Shown here: in pieces, positions 30,311-45,302 of the stretch
Numbering within the stretch: position 1 is the first letter of the stretch
Layout of the letters: every line of letters begins with the position of its first letter
Origin: the human T2T-CHM13v2.0 reference genome, Homo sapiens
Direction: 5' to 3' (one strand)
Length of the DNA: 64,000 nt
Assembly (NCBI RefSeq): GCF_009914755.1
Contig: NC_060936.1
Notes under the pieces: model-generated
Seen by the model: only the letters and a program-made list of their open reading frames with translations
The model's database searches: none
What the model was told of the DNA's origin: nothing
Position numbers and translations under genes: made by a program

Positions 30311-31749
30311 TGGATGGATTTCATCCAATACCTTGATTTCCTGCTTTTCTTGACGTAGCAGATGCTGTAGAAGGACAGAACCAGCATTCCCACAAGGGCA
30401 TAATTAGGTCTGATGAAGTGGTGGTTGCCTCTTTTGAGTTAAATATGCTCATTCCAGTTTGCCTGGCTCTCTGCATCCCCAGGTATATTACACCAGATGC
30501 AACGCCACATCACTTTTCTGGGCCATTTAAGGGTTTTTTTTTTCCTTGCTTACCTAGTCACAACAGTACGTGATAAAGTGCCACTTCTGTCCAGCAGTCA
30601 TAAGAATTTGTGAATAAATCATTTGTTTGTAGATTGAATTATATTATGGATGCACAGGATAAGAGGATAATGATGTACATACCTGTAAGTAACTGGTGTA
30701 ATTTCACCACAGCGGCGTGAGTGTAGGGAGCAGAAATTGTGTTTACAGCTTATGTACCAACAATTCTTAATTAAGCATTATTTCTGTTGATAGGTAGGGT
30801 GCTTGCAGATAGAATTTTTGGGCAGCCCAGAGAAAGGCAGGTATAGGCAGGGATTTCATCCACCACTAACCTTGGTGAACCGAAGTCAGAGTCTAACAAC
30901 ACTAACTCCTTTTGTAATGCTGAAGACATCGCTTGTGCACCAAGCATTTTCTCATAAAACACATGGGCTTGGCTAGATCCTGAAGGCCTGTGTCCCTTGA
31001 GAAACACATACTAAGAGTATGAGTTTGGAAGTCCAGTCTTCTTTTAGCAACAGGGAACATATTTGTATTTGCCAGGTCTGGTGAGCTTAGGTCTTTCAAA
31101 GTCCTTATTTTCCACTTTCTGTTTGTGGACTAGGTGGTTTAGAGGCCACCATTTATTTTCACGTGTTCCCCTTTCCCTGTAACCACAGAGATAAACTTTC
31201 AGTGTTTGCTGCTTTATGCCTTGAGTTTACGACACCTACTTTTAAAAAATTTTTGTGATTTTTATTCCTAATGGAATCTTCCCTAAATAATTTCCAAGGA
31301 AGTTTGGAAAACTCTGCCGACCTCTCTCTCTATTATTTTCCCCCTTGAAAATCTGTTTATCCTGCCAAAATGTTTTTCTTTTATGTGATTAATTTGCATG
31401 TAAACCCTAAGCATCTAAACTTACGCCCCTAGCATCTGTGCTAATGGCACGTGACAAACAGAACTTCTCTCCAGCAGGTTCAGCGAGTGCAGCTAGAGCT
31501 GGAGCCGGAAGCCGGGCAGCACCATATGCTGGGCTTTCACCAGATAATCAACTCCCAATCCCTTCTGGGGCACCGTTTGATGAATATGAAATGCTTGGAT
31601 TTTTTCCTAAGCTAACAAAGGTTGGTGGGACTTTTCAAATCTCCCAAGTCAAGGGATAAAATGGTGAAATAAAGGCATCATACAAATAAGCATATGCTAA
31701 ACTTGGTATCAATCGTCCTGGGCCTAGGATGCTCTGAAATTTTGAAAAG

Positions 31750-32102
31750 TGATATGGTTTGGCTGTGTCCCCACCCAAATGTCATCTTGAATTATACTCC
31801 CATAATTCCCACATGTTGTGGGAGGGACCCAGTAGGAGATAATTTGAATCATGGGGGTGGTTTCCCCCATACTATTCTCGTACTAGCGAATAAGTCTCAC
31901 GAGATCTGATGGTTTTGTCAGGAGTTTTTGCTCTTGTATCTTCCTCATTTTCTCTTGCTGCCACCGTGTAAGAAATGCCTTTTGCCTCCCACCATGACTC
32001 TGAGGCCTCCCCAGCCATGGGGAACTGTGAGTCCAATTAAACCTCTTTTTCTTCCCGGTCTCAGGTATGTGTTTATCGGCAGTGTGAAAATGGACTAATA
32101 CA
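31750..32102 (+). mobile_element. THE1 solo LTR
   Basis: tgatatggtttggctgtgtccccaccc...ggactaataca; 5-bp TSD aaaag. Confidence 0.95.
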
Positions 32103-32435
32103 AAAAGGAATAATTTTCTTGGAATATATTTGTCTATAAAGATAGAGTGAGGCATTATTGAACATATTTTGGGCAGGGCTCTTTCCCTAGGGGAAAAGAT
32201 CAACACTTCCTGGTTTTCTCATAGAGGTAGTCATCAAACGGAATCCCAAAATACTGCGCTCTGCACTCTTGCCCTCTAGTGGGGGTGTGGCAGGTGGAAT
32301 GAGGGCAGGCTGTCAGGGAAGCCTGTTGTGAAGGTTTCTGCATATCCCAAATTAAAGTAAGCAGCAGTCACTTCTTGTAGTTCTAAGATGAAAGCAGCCA
32401 GTGAATATGTTTGTCTCCCAGGCCCCCGAGAGAAC

Positions 32436-33578
<1,143 letters not shown>

Positions 33579-34559
33579 CTATTCTCAGTGCTTTCTACGG
33601 CTGCTTTGCCATATAAGCAAACCAGCAACAAGCACAGCTTGGTGATTTACTGGATTAAATTTTAAATGTTCTTTTTAATTGCCAAATAATAGTTATATAT
33701 CTCTGTGTGTGTCGTGTGTATATACATACACACAAGATTCTCATTCTTATAAGAATGAATGGGCCGGCTAAGGAAGAAGAAAAATGAAAAATAAGCATAG
33801 ATGTTTCAGATGGTAATAAATGCTATTAAAATGATGAAGAGTAGCAATAGGATGGGTAGTAAGCAGTTTGAACAGGAGGACAATTTTGGCTCTGGCAGTT
33901 CTCAAGGAGCACCTCTGAGCAGTGGCATCTGAGCTGGGGTCTTATATCATTTATGATGCCTTTGGCTGCAAGTAACAGAAAACTCTGACTCAAAATGACC
34001 TTAACAAAATAGGAAAAAAATTAGATTGCTTCAACCAATAAGAAATACTCTAGGGGCCTCTTTCAGGTTTGATTAATTCTATGATTCCATGATGTTATTA
34101 AAAGTCCAGATTCTTTACTTCCTGTTGTCACTGTGTCCTCCCCCTTTCAGCTTGTTCCTCAGGCTGTAGCCATTCCAGCAGACATACATGATATGACACT
34201 CAAATGCATAAAGGGGAAAACTATTATGGTGTCTTTTTTAAAGCCAGTAAACCTTTTCCAGAAACACCCATGATCACTAGAATGAATCATGTCATATCCT
34301 CATTCCTACACCCATCACCAGCAAGAACAAAGTATGTGGCAAGTGGACATAGATAGATTATCTGAATAAAATTCCAGTTATTTTAGAAAATAGTAAAGTG
34401 TATGTGTGTGTGTTGAGGCATATAAAAGTGGTCATAGGGTGAGCCAGTGTTAATATCCACTTCTAATGCAGATGATAAGACTCCCTGTTAGAGGAAGACC
34501 TGGAAGAAGATTATTCCAAGCAGAGAGCAGCAATTGCAGAACCCTGTTGTGCTTCCATT

Positions 34560-35320
34560 TCATCCTCCATTATGGCCCCCAGGAAAAATAGATGGACATG
34601 GAAAGTGACCAGTGACCACGCCAGGTCAGTCAAATTGTAGGACCAATCACAGCCACAATTCCAGATGTGGTATATTTGCAGGAACAGATGAGCATTGCCT
34701 CGGATATATTAGACATTATATGGGAAACTAATTTGTTTAATACATTGTTTACTGGCCTAATCAGGAAAGAGGTTCAGAGACAGATTTCATTCATGTGGAA
34801 GAGACAATAACATACATTTGTGGTTTTCACCCAGGGCTCTGTCATCTTTTCTGCCCTTTCTCATAATATCCTCATAAGATAATTGGACTATCTAGGCATA
34901 CCAAAGAACATCGTATTGATCCATTACTTTGATGATAAACTGGTTGAAGAACATATTTAAAAGGTGGTAGTGGGAACAATGGAAGTTGAGAAGGGACAGT
35001 AGAAGAGGTGGAATATCTGTTTTAACCTTGATATCAACTATAGTCACTAGGAATGTCCATCCCACTAACCTCTGCTTTCTAAGTGTGTCATCAACAATGA
35101 AGGTATACCATATGTCTGTAAGAGCTCCTCATTCTTCCAGTTGAATAGAAACTTGTATCTCAGTAGCTTAGGGTGGACTATGTGCAACACAGAGGTGTGT
35201 CACTCTGATTTTCCTTCAGCACAGGACTTGCTACGCATGTGCAAGCAGTGTGGTTAGGTAGACCCTGCAGCTATAAACTCCTTCAAAGTTCAACTCAGCT
35301 TTCACCCTAAGGTACCGTAA
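34560..35320 (+). mobile_element. ERVL/HERV16-type reverse transcriptase relic plus start of an LTR
   Basis: Translates in pieces to IPDVV...SFMWKRQ*HTFVVFTQG...LIHYFDD. A gggtggac PPT-like motif near 35170 precedes LTR-like sequence. Confidence 0.65.
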
Positions 35321-35436
35321 GAGGGAGCAAACGGGGCTCACTTTGTGATAATAAATTTAGGTGTTACAGCAGCACCTCCTACGAGGTATTCAAATCTGAA
35401 GCAAAGTACTTTGGGTTTTTTATGAGTAAGGATCTC

Positions 35437-35802
35437 TGCCATAGACTGAATGAGGATTTGTGTTTCCCCAAATTCGTATGCTGAAATCTTAAGCCCCAAG
35501 CTGGTGATATGAGGAGGTAGGGTCATTGGGAGGTGATTAGGTCATGAGGGTGGAGACCTCATGAATGAGATTCGTGTCCTCATAAGGGAGGCCCCAGAGC
35601 ACTCATTTACCCTCTGTCATTCGAGGACACAGAGAGAAGGCACCGTCTGTGAATGGGGCAGTGGTCCCTCACTGACATGGGATGTGCTTACACCTTGATC
35701 TTGGATATTCCAGCCTTCAGAACTGGGTGAAATAAGTTTTTGCTGTTTATAAACCACCCAGACTATGGTATTTTTGTTACAGCAGCCCAAACAGACCAAG
35801 TC
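35437..35802 (+). mobile_element. MLT1A-type LTR
   Basis: tgccatagactgaatg...ccagccttcagaactg...tttataaaccacccagactatggta. Confidence 0.9.
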
Positions 35803-36449
35803 CAATCTCACATTTGGAAATAAAAGATGTTTAAGACTTGGGGTTTTTTTTTTTTTTTTGAGGGTGGGAGGTTAATGCATTTACTCTAGGTAACTAATAT
35901 GTTCATCAAAATATGTCTATATCATTATACAGGTTCTCTACCACTTTAGTGGTTGTATTTTAGAAATTTTTCTTTTCCAGGCTTTAAAAAGAAGCCATCA
36001 TTGTTAGTTGAACAGAAATGATGCTGAAAATAAAATGATTCTCGTTTTCTCAATTAAAAGATTCCTCAATATGTTAGTAACTAACTTCATTAAGCCTTTA
36101 GAGATTTATGCTAGTCAAATATCTGCTGACAATATTTACTTTGTTAATTGAATTCAACATATCTATGTTATTTAAACATAAAGATAATATATCAATTTAA
36201 TAATTCTCCTTCCTAAAGTGATGTTCAGAAGAGTTGTTTACTCAAATTGGACACAGATTAATTGCAAAGTGATAATTCAGCAGAAAAAAATGCTAAATCT
36301 AATTCTGTGTTAAATTTCTCTTTAACTATGGAAGTTAGATAACTGCTACAAGATTTCAACTAGGCAGGATTGAGTTCTGGTAGTTGGTTGTTTCCAACTA
36401 ATATGTCATCCCAAAGCAACACTTTATTGACAGGTGGAAGAGCTATTTC

Positions 36450-36790
36450 AGAGACAAAATCAAGGATATTGGTGCTAGATTGGATGTGAACACTGGAGAA
36501 CATAAAGGCATTAGGGACAATCCCCAAGATTCTGGCTTGTACAGTGGAACATATGGAGATGCCAGTTACTGAGAGAGGAAACTCCAGTGGGATGGGGATT
36601 GGGTATCACGATTTTGTTTGGGAAGTTTGGGTTTGCTGCTTTTTTGAGACAGTCTCCTAAAAATGTCAGGGTGGTCAGTAGATCCACAGCTCAGCAGAGA
36701 AGCCAGAGCTGAGCACACAATTAATCAGAGCTGAGCACGGAAATTTGCATGAGAAAGAGAGATATCTAGGATAACTGTATGTCTGTGGCC
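36450..36790. mobile_element. L2 fragment
   Basis: gattggatgtgaa...caagattctggcttg...atggagatgccagttactgaga. Confidence 0.6.
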
Positions 36791-36977
36791 ATGAGGGCCT
36801 TCTGGGCAGCCCTCGCAGGATGTGGTATTCTATAAGTAGATGGGTCATCCTGAGCCATGCTGGTCATGCCTCTGGGCTGCAGCTTCTTCATCTAGAGAAT
36901 GATAATGTGGGACCTATTTTGGCTCATGACTCTGGAAAGAACTTTTCTTGGACATGGCAACTTTTGTAAAAACACTA

Positions 36978-38325
36978 ACTTTTAGTTTCAGGGGTACATG
37001 TGCGGGTTTGTTATATAGGTAAACTCATGCCATGGCAGTTTGTTGTATAGATTAAGAATAATGGCCTCCGGCTCCACCCATGTTCCTGCAAAGGACATGA
37101 TCTTGTTCTTTTTTAATGGCTGCATAGTATTCCATGATGTGTATGTACAAATTTTCCTTATCCAGTCTGCCATTCATGGGCATTTAGGTTGATTCCATGT
37201 CTTTGCTATTGTGAATGGTGCTGCAATGAACATATGTGTGCATATGTCTTTATGATAGAATGATTTTATTCCTTTGAGTATATACCTAGCAATGAAATTG
37301 CTGGGTCAAATGGTAGTTCTGTTTTTAGCACTTTGAGAATCACCCCACTGCTTTCCACAATGGTTGAACTAATTTATGCTCCCAACAGCGGTGTATAAGC
37401 CTTCCTTTTTCTCTGCAACCTCACCAGCATCTGTTGTTTTTGACTTTTTAGTAATAGCCATTAACCATTCTGACTGGGGTGAGATGGTATCTCACCGTGG
37501 TTTTGATTTGCATTTCTCTGATGATCAGTGATGTTGAGCTTTTTTTCATGTATGTCCTCTGAACACTGACTGTTCATGTCTTGGCCCAATTTTTTAATGA
37601 TTTTATTTCTTATAAATTTAAGTTCCCTATAGATGCTGGATATTAGACCTTTGTCAGATGCAGAGTTTGCAAATATTTTCTCCCATTCTGTATGTTGTCT
37701 GTCTACTCTGTTGATATTTCTTTTGCTGTGCAGAAGCTCTTCAGTTTAATTAGGTGCCATTTGTCAATTTTTGTTTTTGTTACAATTGCTTAGGTGTCTT
37801 TTTCATAATGTCTTTGCCAGTTCCTATGTCCAGAATGGTGTTGCCTAGGTTTTCTTCCATTTAAGATTAAGGACATTTAAGTCTTTAATCTGTCTTGAGT
37901 TGATTTTTTTATGTGGTGTAAGGAAGGGGTCCAGTTTCGATCTTCTGCATATGGCTAGCCAGTTATCCCAGCACCATTATTGAAGGGGGAGTCCTTTCCC
38001 CATTGCTTATTTTTGTTGGCTTTGTCAAAGATCAGATGGTTGTAGGTGTGTGAGGACTTATTTCTGGGCTCTCTATTCTATTGTTCTATGTGTTTATTTT
38101 TGTGCCAGTACCATGCTGCTTTGTTACTGTAGTCTTACGTTATAGTTTAAAGTCAGGGAACATAATGCCTCCAGCTTTGTTCTTTTTGCTTAGGATTGCC
38201 TTGGCTATTCAGGCTCTTTTTTTGGTTCCACATGAATCTTAAAAGAGCTTTTTTCTAGTTCTGTAAAGAATGTCATTGATAGATAGGAATAGCATTGAAT
38301 CTGTAAATTGCTTTGGGCAGTATGA
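36978..38325 (-). mobile_element. Old L1PA 3' portion with a deletion in the 3' UTR
   Basis: Antisense ORF2 3' sequence (gctgtgcagaagctcttcagtttaatt; tatggctagccagttatcccagcacc). Confidence 0.93.
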
Positions 38326-39083
38326 GACATTGCACTTTTTTCTTAGGAAGTTAGACTTGTTCATTCTCCTTCTCCCATGTACATAGATGCAACATTTTCT
38401 GAAGGCCCAGGAAAGAAGGTTATAAAATGTCTTATTTCCTCAACAGGAACATGTGCGATATAATTGCGCCTTAACTTATCTAATTCTTAACCTGCTAATT
38501 AGGCAGCTCCCTCAGAGGCCTGAAGACAAAGACCATAAGGAAAATGCTTTTCATCACTTTTATCCTGCAAATTACAATTTAAAGGAGTAAAAAAAAGTGC
38601 TCTCATTTTCAAAGCCTTTGTTGAACATTTTGCCTTCTAGAATTTTAACTCTGCCAGGAAATCCTACTGTTTAATGGTTTTCAAGGATCCTGTTTATGGT
38701 TGACATAAAACTATTTTTTAGTACCATATGGCCAACATTTATGCATTGTCAAAAATGGCTCAAGCATAAAATTTGATGCACCCAAGATTTGATTTATGGA
38801 GGATTGAATACATCTTGTAAGGAACACACACACTCACACACACACACATACACTCACAGATGAAATTATGCGATTCCATAAAATTATGCTTACAGTTTGA
38901 CTAGTTATAATTGATTAGGACTAAATGCTTTTAAAAAGTCATGTTAGATAAAAGTCCTCTTGGTCTGGTTGTTTTGGTGTCTAGAGAATCAGAGCACTTC
39001 TGGTTTCGTAAAATCTCATTGTGGATTTTTGCCTGTGTGTTGTTTCTGTGGATGCATCTCAACAGCTCATTTTTTCCCCAAAG

Positions 39084-39289
<206 letters not shown>

Positions 39290-39489
39290 TGAGGAAGCAG
39301 AGAGAGGACTGTGGATCTGATGCTCCTGGAGCCCAGACATCGTTGTAAAGACGGTAAAACCAACCCTCAGGGCCTAGGCCCTAAGGAAGCAACCCACTGT
39401 GCATGACAATGGTCTGGGCGTGGGGGTCAGATGGATTCTATTCTGCCACCCATTAGTGGTGATAGAGGCCAGAGGGTATTGGTGAGACA

Positions 39490-39745
39490 GGAGCTTGGCA
39501 GCCAGACTACTCATCAGTCACAATTTGACTTGAGAAAAATTACTGAAATTCTCTGAGCCTCAGATTTCTGATTGGAAAATAGGAATAATCATATTACTGA
39601 CCTGATAGCGTTGTTGTTAACATTACACAAAATGATGCATCCAAATAATGCACATAAACTTCTCTCATTCTTAACCTACTCATTAGGTAGCTCCCTCAGA
39701 GGCCTGGAGCACAGCCCGGGCGTTTCGGAAGAGCTTGATGGTTAC
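39490..39745 (+). mobile_element. MIR with a short internal insertion
   Basis: tgacttgagaaaattactgaaattctctgagcctcagatttc core. Confidence 0.75.
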
Positions 39746-40089
39746 CTTTCATTCCCCGTTTCCCAATTGTGTTTTTCTTAGATTAGCCATTTGTTTTCTA
39801 CTTGCAAAAGTCAACACAAGTTTCCTGAGTGCCTTACAAGGTGAGAAGTAGACACTGTGGTTGGCCTGTCTGGGGCTTTATTTTGGTTCTGCCACTTGCA
39901 GTTCAATGAGCCTAGATGAGTACTTCAACTCCACATTTATCAGTTTCCACATTTACACATTGGGAATAAAAGTAGTGCTTCATCTTTCTGTTCTAAGAAT
40001 TCATAAATTCATACACACACACATTAATGAGCCCATGTTGATATATTATTGAGCTTTTTTTGTTATTACCTAATGTACTTTCAAAAAAA

Positions 40090-40369
40090 ATTTTTTTTTT
40101 GAGATACAGTTTCACTCTTGTCGCCCAGGTTGGAGTGCAGTGGTGCGATCCCGGCTCACCACAACCTCAAGCAATTCTCCTGCCTCAGCCTCCAGAGTAG
40201 CTGGGATTACAAGCATGCACCACCACACCCAGCTAATTTTTGTATTTTTGGTAGAGATGGGGTTTCACCAGGTTGGCCAGGCTGGTCTTGAACTCCTGAC
40301 CTCAGGTGATTCGCCTGCCTCGGCCTCCCAAAGTGCTCGGATTACAAGCGTGAGCCACCGCGGCCAGCC
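40090..40369 (-). mobile_element. AluS with a small internal deletion
   Basis: Antisense Alu with flanking tgtacttt(t)ca repeats. Confidence 0.93.
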
Positions 40370-40399
40370 TGTACTTTTCACACTAAGTAAAATAAAATG

Positions 40400-41570
40400 T
40401 AGTTACGGGATTCTGACCACAATATCACATTACATTTAGTTTTGATGTCTCCTTGGGCTCTTCCTGTCTGTGATTGTTTCTGACTTGCCTCTTTGATGAA
40501 TTCACAATATTGAGTGGTACTGATGAGGCATTTTCTACAAGGTCCTTCTATTGGAATTTGTCAGGTAGGTGTGCCAGTGTGTGTATGCATGCATGTGTGT
40601 GCTTTCATGTTTAACTAGGGTTAAGGGCTTTTGGGGGAATACCTCAAAAGTAAAATGTCGCTTTCATAGCATCATATCGGGGTACATGATTTATCACTGT
40701 TGGTGTTGGCAGTGATCCCTGGCTGAGATGGTGTTTCTCAAGCGTCTCCACTGTAGAGTGACTCTTTTTTCCCCTTTGCATACTATACTGTATGAAAGGA
40801 ACTCACCGTGCACAGCCCACATTTTCTTGGTGGGGAGGAGTTAGGTATGAGCTCCTTCTTCAAGGGTAGAATATTTACATAAATTATTTGAAATTCCTTC
40901 ATAGGAAAATGTTGTCTCTTTTCCAACATTTAATTGTGTATTCAACAATTCATTTATATCAGTATGGACCCATGAATATCTAGTATATGCTTTGAGTTAT
41001 AATACAAGATGTTTTTATTTAGCTGGTCAATATTTCTTTTTTAAATGATTGCAGCTTTGGCCACAGGGAGCTCTTTCACTTAGCCCCTGTCTCCCTTTCA
41101 CATATTTCCATCAATGTACGTTTTTGAGCACATTCTTACTTTATAGTACTATAAGATGTATGTTCCTCTTGTATATTTCCTGTCCCATCCTAGGATCATC
41201 CATTTCTCTCAGGAGCCCTAGCTTCTTCTACTGGAGAATATTACAAACCAAGATCTGGGAACTGGGTTTGTGCTTTGTTGCCCAGTGTTGTATCTTTTAG
41301 GTTCTTGTAGCTGACGGAAAGGAAATACACATGTGTATACTAGCCCCTACATCCATATAACTATAAATATTTCTGCATGTAACCATCTGCATCTGCATTA
41401 AGTTCAACATGAATTTCTCAGGGTGTCTCCAACTGTAATCAATTCACATGTGGATTGTTTCACCTCTTCCTCTGCTTATCTCTAAAGTCCCGCTCTCAGC
41501 CATTTGATTAGTTTAATTGTTCTATGTTAGAATACACATTGGCAGTATCAGAATGGTTAATGTGAAACAC
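40400..41570 (-). mobile_element. Old L1M (MC/MD-type) 3' UTR
   Basis: gtctccactgtagagtgactcttt; catttatatcagtatggacccatg; ccatttctctcaggagccct. Confidence 0.7.
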
Positions 41571-41661
41571 ATACTTTTTTTTTTTTTGAGACAGAGTCTC
41601 GCTCTGTCACCCAGACTGGAGTGCAGTGGCACAATCTCAGCTCACTGCAACCTCTGCCTCC

Positions 41662-42167
41662 TGTTAGAGACAAACTGCCCCAAAATAACTTCTTGCTACT
41701 GCCGACACTTCCCCCAACACTCTCCGTGCTGCCCACCCCTCCCCAATATGCTCTGCAACTCTTTTCTGTGCCACCTACTCTTCCTCCTGAGCCCCTTTAC
41801 ATTTCTAAGCCCTTATCTAGGCACCATGGTGAAGCCAGCAGACTTCATTTATCAGAACTTGCTGCAATAAGCAAACCCCAATTACAAACCATCCAGACTG
41901 CACAGGGGAAGGTTGTGGGAAGCATAAACAAACTTTAGCTACATCCTCCTATAAGTTCCTTCATCTAGCTGCTACCAAAAATGTCACAAGGTGACATACG
42001 GCAAAGTTAACCAACAAACGACCCCAGGGTCTCTCTCCCCCATATAAACCCCTCATTTTGTAAGCTCAGGGCTGCATCCTTTGACTGTAGTGGAGCAGCT
42101 GGCAGGTTCAATAAACTTACTCACCTGACTTTGGGTCTATTATTCCTTTCTCTCAGCTGACCTTACA
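41662..42167 (+). mobile_element. 506-bp solo LTR, family not identified
   Basis: TGTTAG...CTTACA ends, 5-bp TSD cctcc, TATAAA near 42043, AATAAA near 42110. Confidence 0.88.
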
Positions 42168-42234
42168 CCTCCTGGGTTCAAGTGATTCTCCTGCCTCAAC
42201 CTCCCGAGTAGCTGGGACTACATATGCATGCCAC

Positions 42235-42659
42235 TGAGAGGTGAAGCCAGCTGGACTTCCTGGGTTGAGTGGGGACTTGGAGAGCTTTTATGTCTTACAA
42301 GAGAATTGTAAAAGGCACCAATCAGTGCTCTGTAAAATGCACCAATCAGCAGGATCCTAAAAGTAGTCAATCAGGGAGGATTGAAAAAAGGGCACTCTGA
42401 TAGGACAAAAACGGAACATGGAGGGGAAAAATAAGGGAATAAAAGCTGGTCACCCCAGCCAGCAGTGGTAACCCGTTCGGGTCCCCTTCCACACTGTGGA
42501 AGCTTTGTTCTTTCGCTCTTCACAATAAACCTTGCTACTCCTCACTGTTTGGGTCCGTGCCATCTTTAAGGGCTATAGCACTCACCACAAAGGTCCGCGG
42601 CTTCTTTCTTAAAGTCAGTGAGACCACAAACCCACCAGAAGGAACCAACTCCAGACACA
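42235..42659 (+). promoter_or_regulatory. 5' LTR (425 bp)
   Basis: CCAATCAG repeats, AATAAA motifs, ends ...ccagacaca. Confidence 0.9.
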
Positions 42660-42662
42660 TCC

Positions 42663-42680
42663 TGGGGGCTCATCTGGGAT
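42663..42680 (+). other. Primer-binding site, tRNA-Pro type
   Basis: tgggggctcatctgggat versus TGGGGGCTCGTCCGGGAT: 16/18, both mismatches are CpG transitions. Confidence 0.85.
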
Positions 42681-43851
42681 ATCGCCATGCAGTGAGTACC
42701 ATTGGACCCCTTTTGCTTGCTATTCTGTCCTATTTTTCCTTAGAATTAGGGGGCTAAACACCGGGCACCTGTCAACCAGTTAAAAGTGACTAGCATGGCT
42801 GCCGGGCTAAAGACACGGGTGTCAGGCTTTCTAGGAAAGGGCTCTCTAACAGCCCCCAACTCTTCAGAGTCAGGAGCATTGGCTTGCCTGGAATCAGCTT
42901 CTGCTTTTCCTGCACTTCTAGGCTGAGCCAAGGGTCAAAAGGGAGGAAAGCCATTCACCCCCGGGTTCCCGACAAAAAGTTGGTTGACCCTGTAGCCATG
43001 AGTGGAACTCTTAAAGTTAAGTCACCCAAGCGAGATTCGCCCATCTATCCTATCTATCCTGACCCTTGTCTCCTGGGTCCTAATGCCTGTCAGACAAACT
43101 TCCTCTTGCCTCTCTTCTCTGAGGCTAGTCCTGCTTCTAAAAACGACACCCTGTCCCTGGTGCTCTTCTAGTTTCCCCTATAAGGATGATTTCTAAAATA
43201 AATTCCAGGACTCTGTTCCCTTCTTTAGGCACTTGGGTTCACCAATCAGAAAGACATAATTTTTGCCCAAAGCCCATCGGGGGCGACTATCTGGAATTTT
43301 AGGATCCCTCCTCAGACTAGCAGGTTTAACAAAGGCTATTCCCAAAGCTAGGATATGGGGAGCCTCAGAAATCATAGACTCCAAAATTAGGGGAATATCC
43401 TTCCTATTCATATGATGAGAAGTGAGGACAAAATGTGTCACTCTTCCAACCATGGAGATCCCTTCCCTCCCTCAGGATATGGCCCTCCACTCCATTTTGA
43501 GGCATATCATCTTTATAGGACAAGGGTAAGGTCCCAATACCAACAGGAGAAAATGCTTAGGACTCTAACAGGTTTTCAAGAATGTGTTGGTAAGGGCCAC
43601 TAAATCTGATCTTTCTCGGTCCCCTTTGTGGTCTAAGATGAAAGGCAAGGGTGCAGGTTTTAGAGAAGGCATCAGTAAGGGCCACTAAATCTGACCTTCC
43701 TCAGTCTTCTTTGTGGTCTAGGCAGAAAACTAGTGTTTCCGCTGCTGCTTCAGTGAGCACAACTATTCCAAGCAGCAGGGTCCAGGGACCATGGCGGGTT
43801 CTTGGGCAGGGGAAAAAAAAAACCAAAACTGTGGGCAGTTTTTTCTTTCAG

Positions 43852-45302
43852 ACGGGAAACACTCAGGCATCAACAGGCTCACCCTTGAAATATATCCTAA
43901 GCCACTGGAACAACTTTGACCTGCAAACTCTGAAAAAGAAGTGGCTTTTTTTTTTCTGCACTATGGCCTGGTCCCAATATTCTTTCTGATGGGGAAAAAT
44001 GGCCACCTGAGGGAAGTATGAATTACAATACTATCCTGCAGCTTGATCTTTTCTGTAAGAGGGAAGGCAAATGGAGTGAAATACGTTATGTCCAAGCTTT
44101 CTTTTCATTGAAGGATAATCCACAACTATGCAAAGCTTGCAATCTACATTCCACAGGAGGACCTCTCAGCTTACCCCCATATCCTAGCCTCCCTACAGCT
44201 CCCCTTCCTATTAATGGTGAGCCTCCTCTAATCTCCCCCACCCAGAAGAAAACAAGCAAAGAAATCTCCAAGGCACCACAACCCTCCCCCACCCACCCCA
44301 GGTTATCAGTTTTGTCCCCTTCAAGCTGTAGGGGAAGGGGAATTTGGCCCAACCTGGGAACATGTCCCCTTCTCCCTCTCTGATTTAAAGCAGATCAAAG
44401 TAGACCTGGGGAAATTTTCAGGTGATCCTAATAGTTACATAGATGTTCTACAGGACAAACCTTTGATCTCACTTGGAGAGATGTCATGCTATTCTTAGAT
44501 CAAACCCTGGCCTTTAATAAAAGAATGCAGCTTTAGCTGCAGCCCAAGAGTTTGGAGATACCTGGTATCTTAGTCAAGTAAATGATAGAATGACAGCCAA
44601 AGAAAAGGACAAATTCCCTACTGGTCACCAAGCCATCCCCAGTATGGATCCCCACTGGGACCCCGTCTCAGATCATGAGGACTGGAGTCGCAAACATCTG
44701 TTGACCTGTGTTCTAGAAGAACTAAGGAGAATTAGGAAAAAGCCTGTGAATTATTCAGTGATGTCTACCATAACTCAGAGAAAGGAAGAAAATTCTTCTG
44801 CCTTCCTCAAGTGGCTACAGAAGGCCTTAAGAAAATATACTCCCCTGTCACCCGACTCCCTCGAGGGTCAATAGATCCTGAAAGATAAGTTTATTACCCA
44901 ATCATCCACAGATATCAAGAGAAAGCTTCAAAAGCTAGCCATGGGCCCGGAACAAAATTTGGAGGCATTATTAAACCTGGCAATCTCAGTGTTCTGTAAT
45001 AGGGACCAAGAGGAACAGGCTGAAAAGGAAAAGCAAGATAAGAGAAAGGCCACAGCATTAGTCATGGCCCTCAGACAAACAAACCTTGGTGGACAGAAAA
45101 TGGAGCAGGCCAATCAACCGGTAGGGCTTGTTATCAGTGTGGTTTACAAGGGCACCTTAAAAAAGATTGTCCAATGAGAAACAAGCCGCCCCCTTGCCCA
45201 TGTCCACTATGCCAAGGTGATCACTGGAAGGCACACTGCCCCAGAGGACAAAGGTTCTCTGGGCCAGAAGCTCCCAATCAGATGATCCAACGACAGGACT
45301 GA
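43852..45302 (+). pseudogene. gag: gag relic
   Basis: ACG in place of ATG, then GNTQASTGSPL; NYNTILQLDLFCKREGKWSE; CYQCGLQGHLKKDC knuckle; ends caggactga. Several stops and frameshifts. Confidence 0.92.

Noticed and set aside
43585-43725. ~85-bp tandem repeat (gtaagggccactaaatctga) in the proviral leader
   Set aside because: As I recall, this is a normal feature of ERV9/HERV-W leaders.
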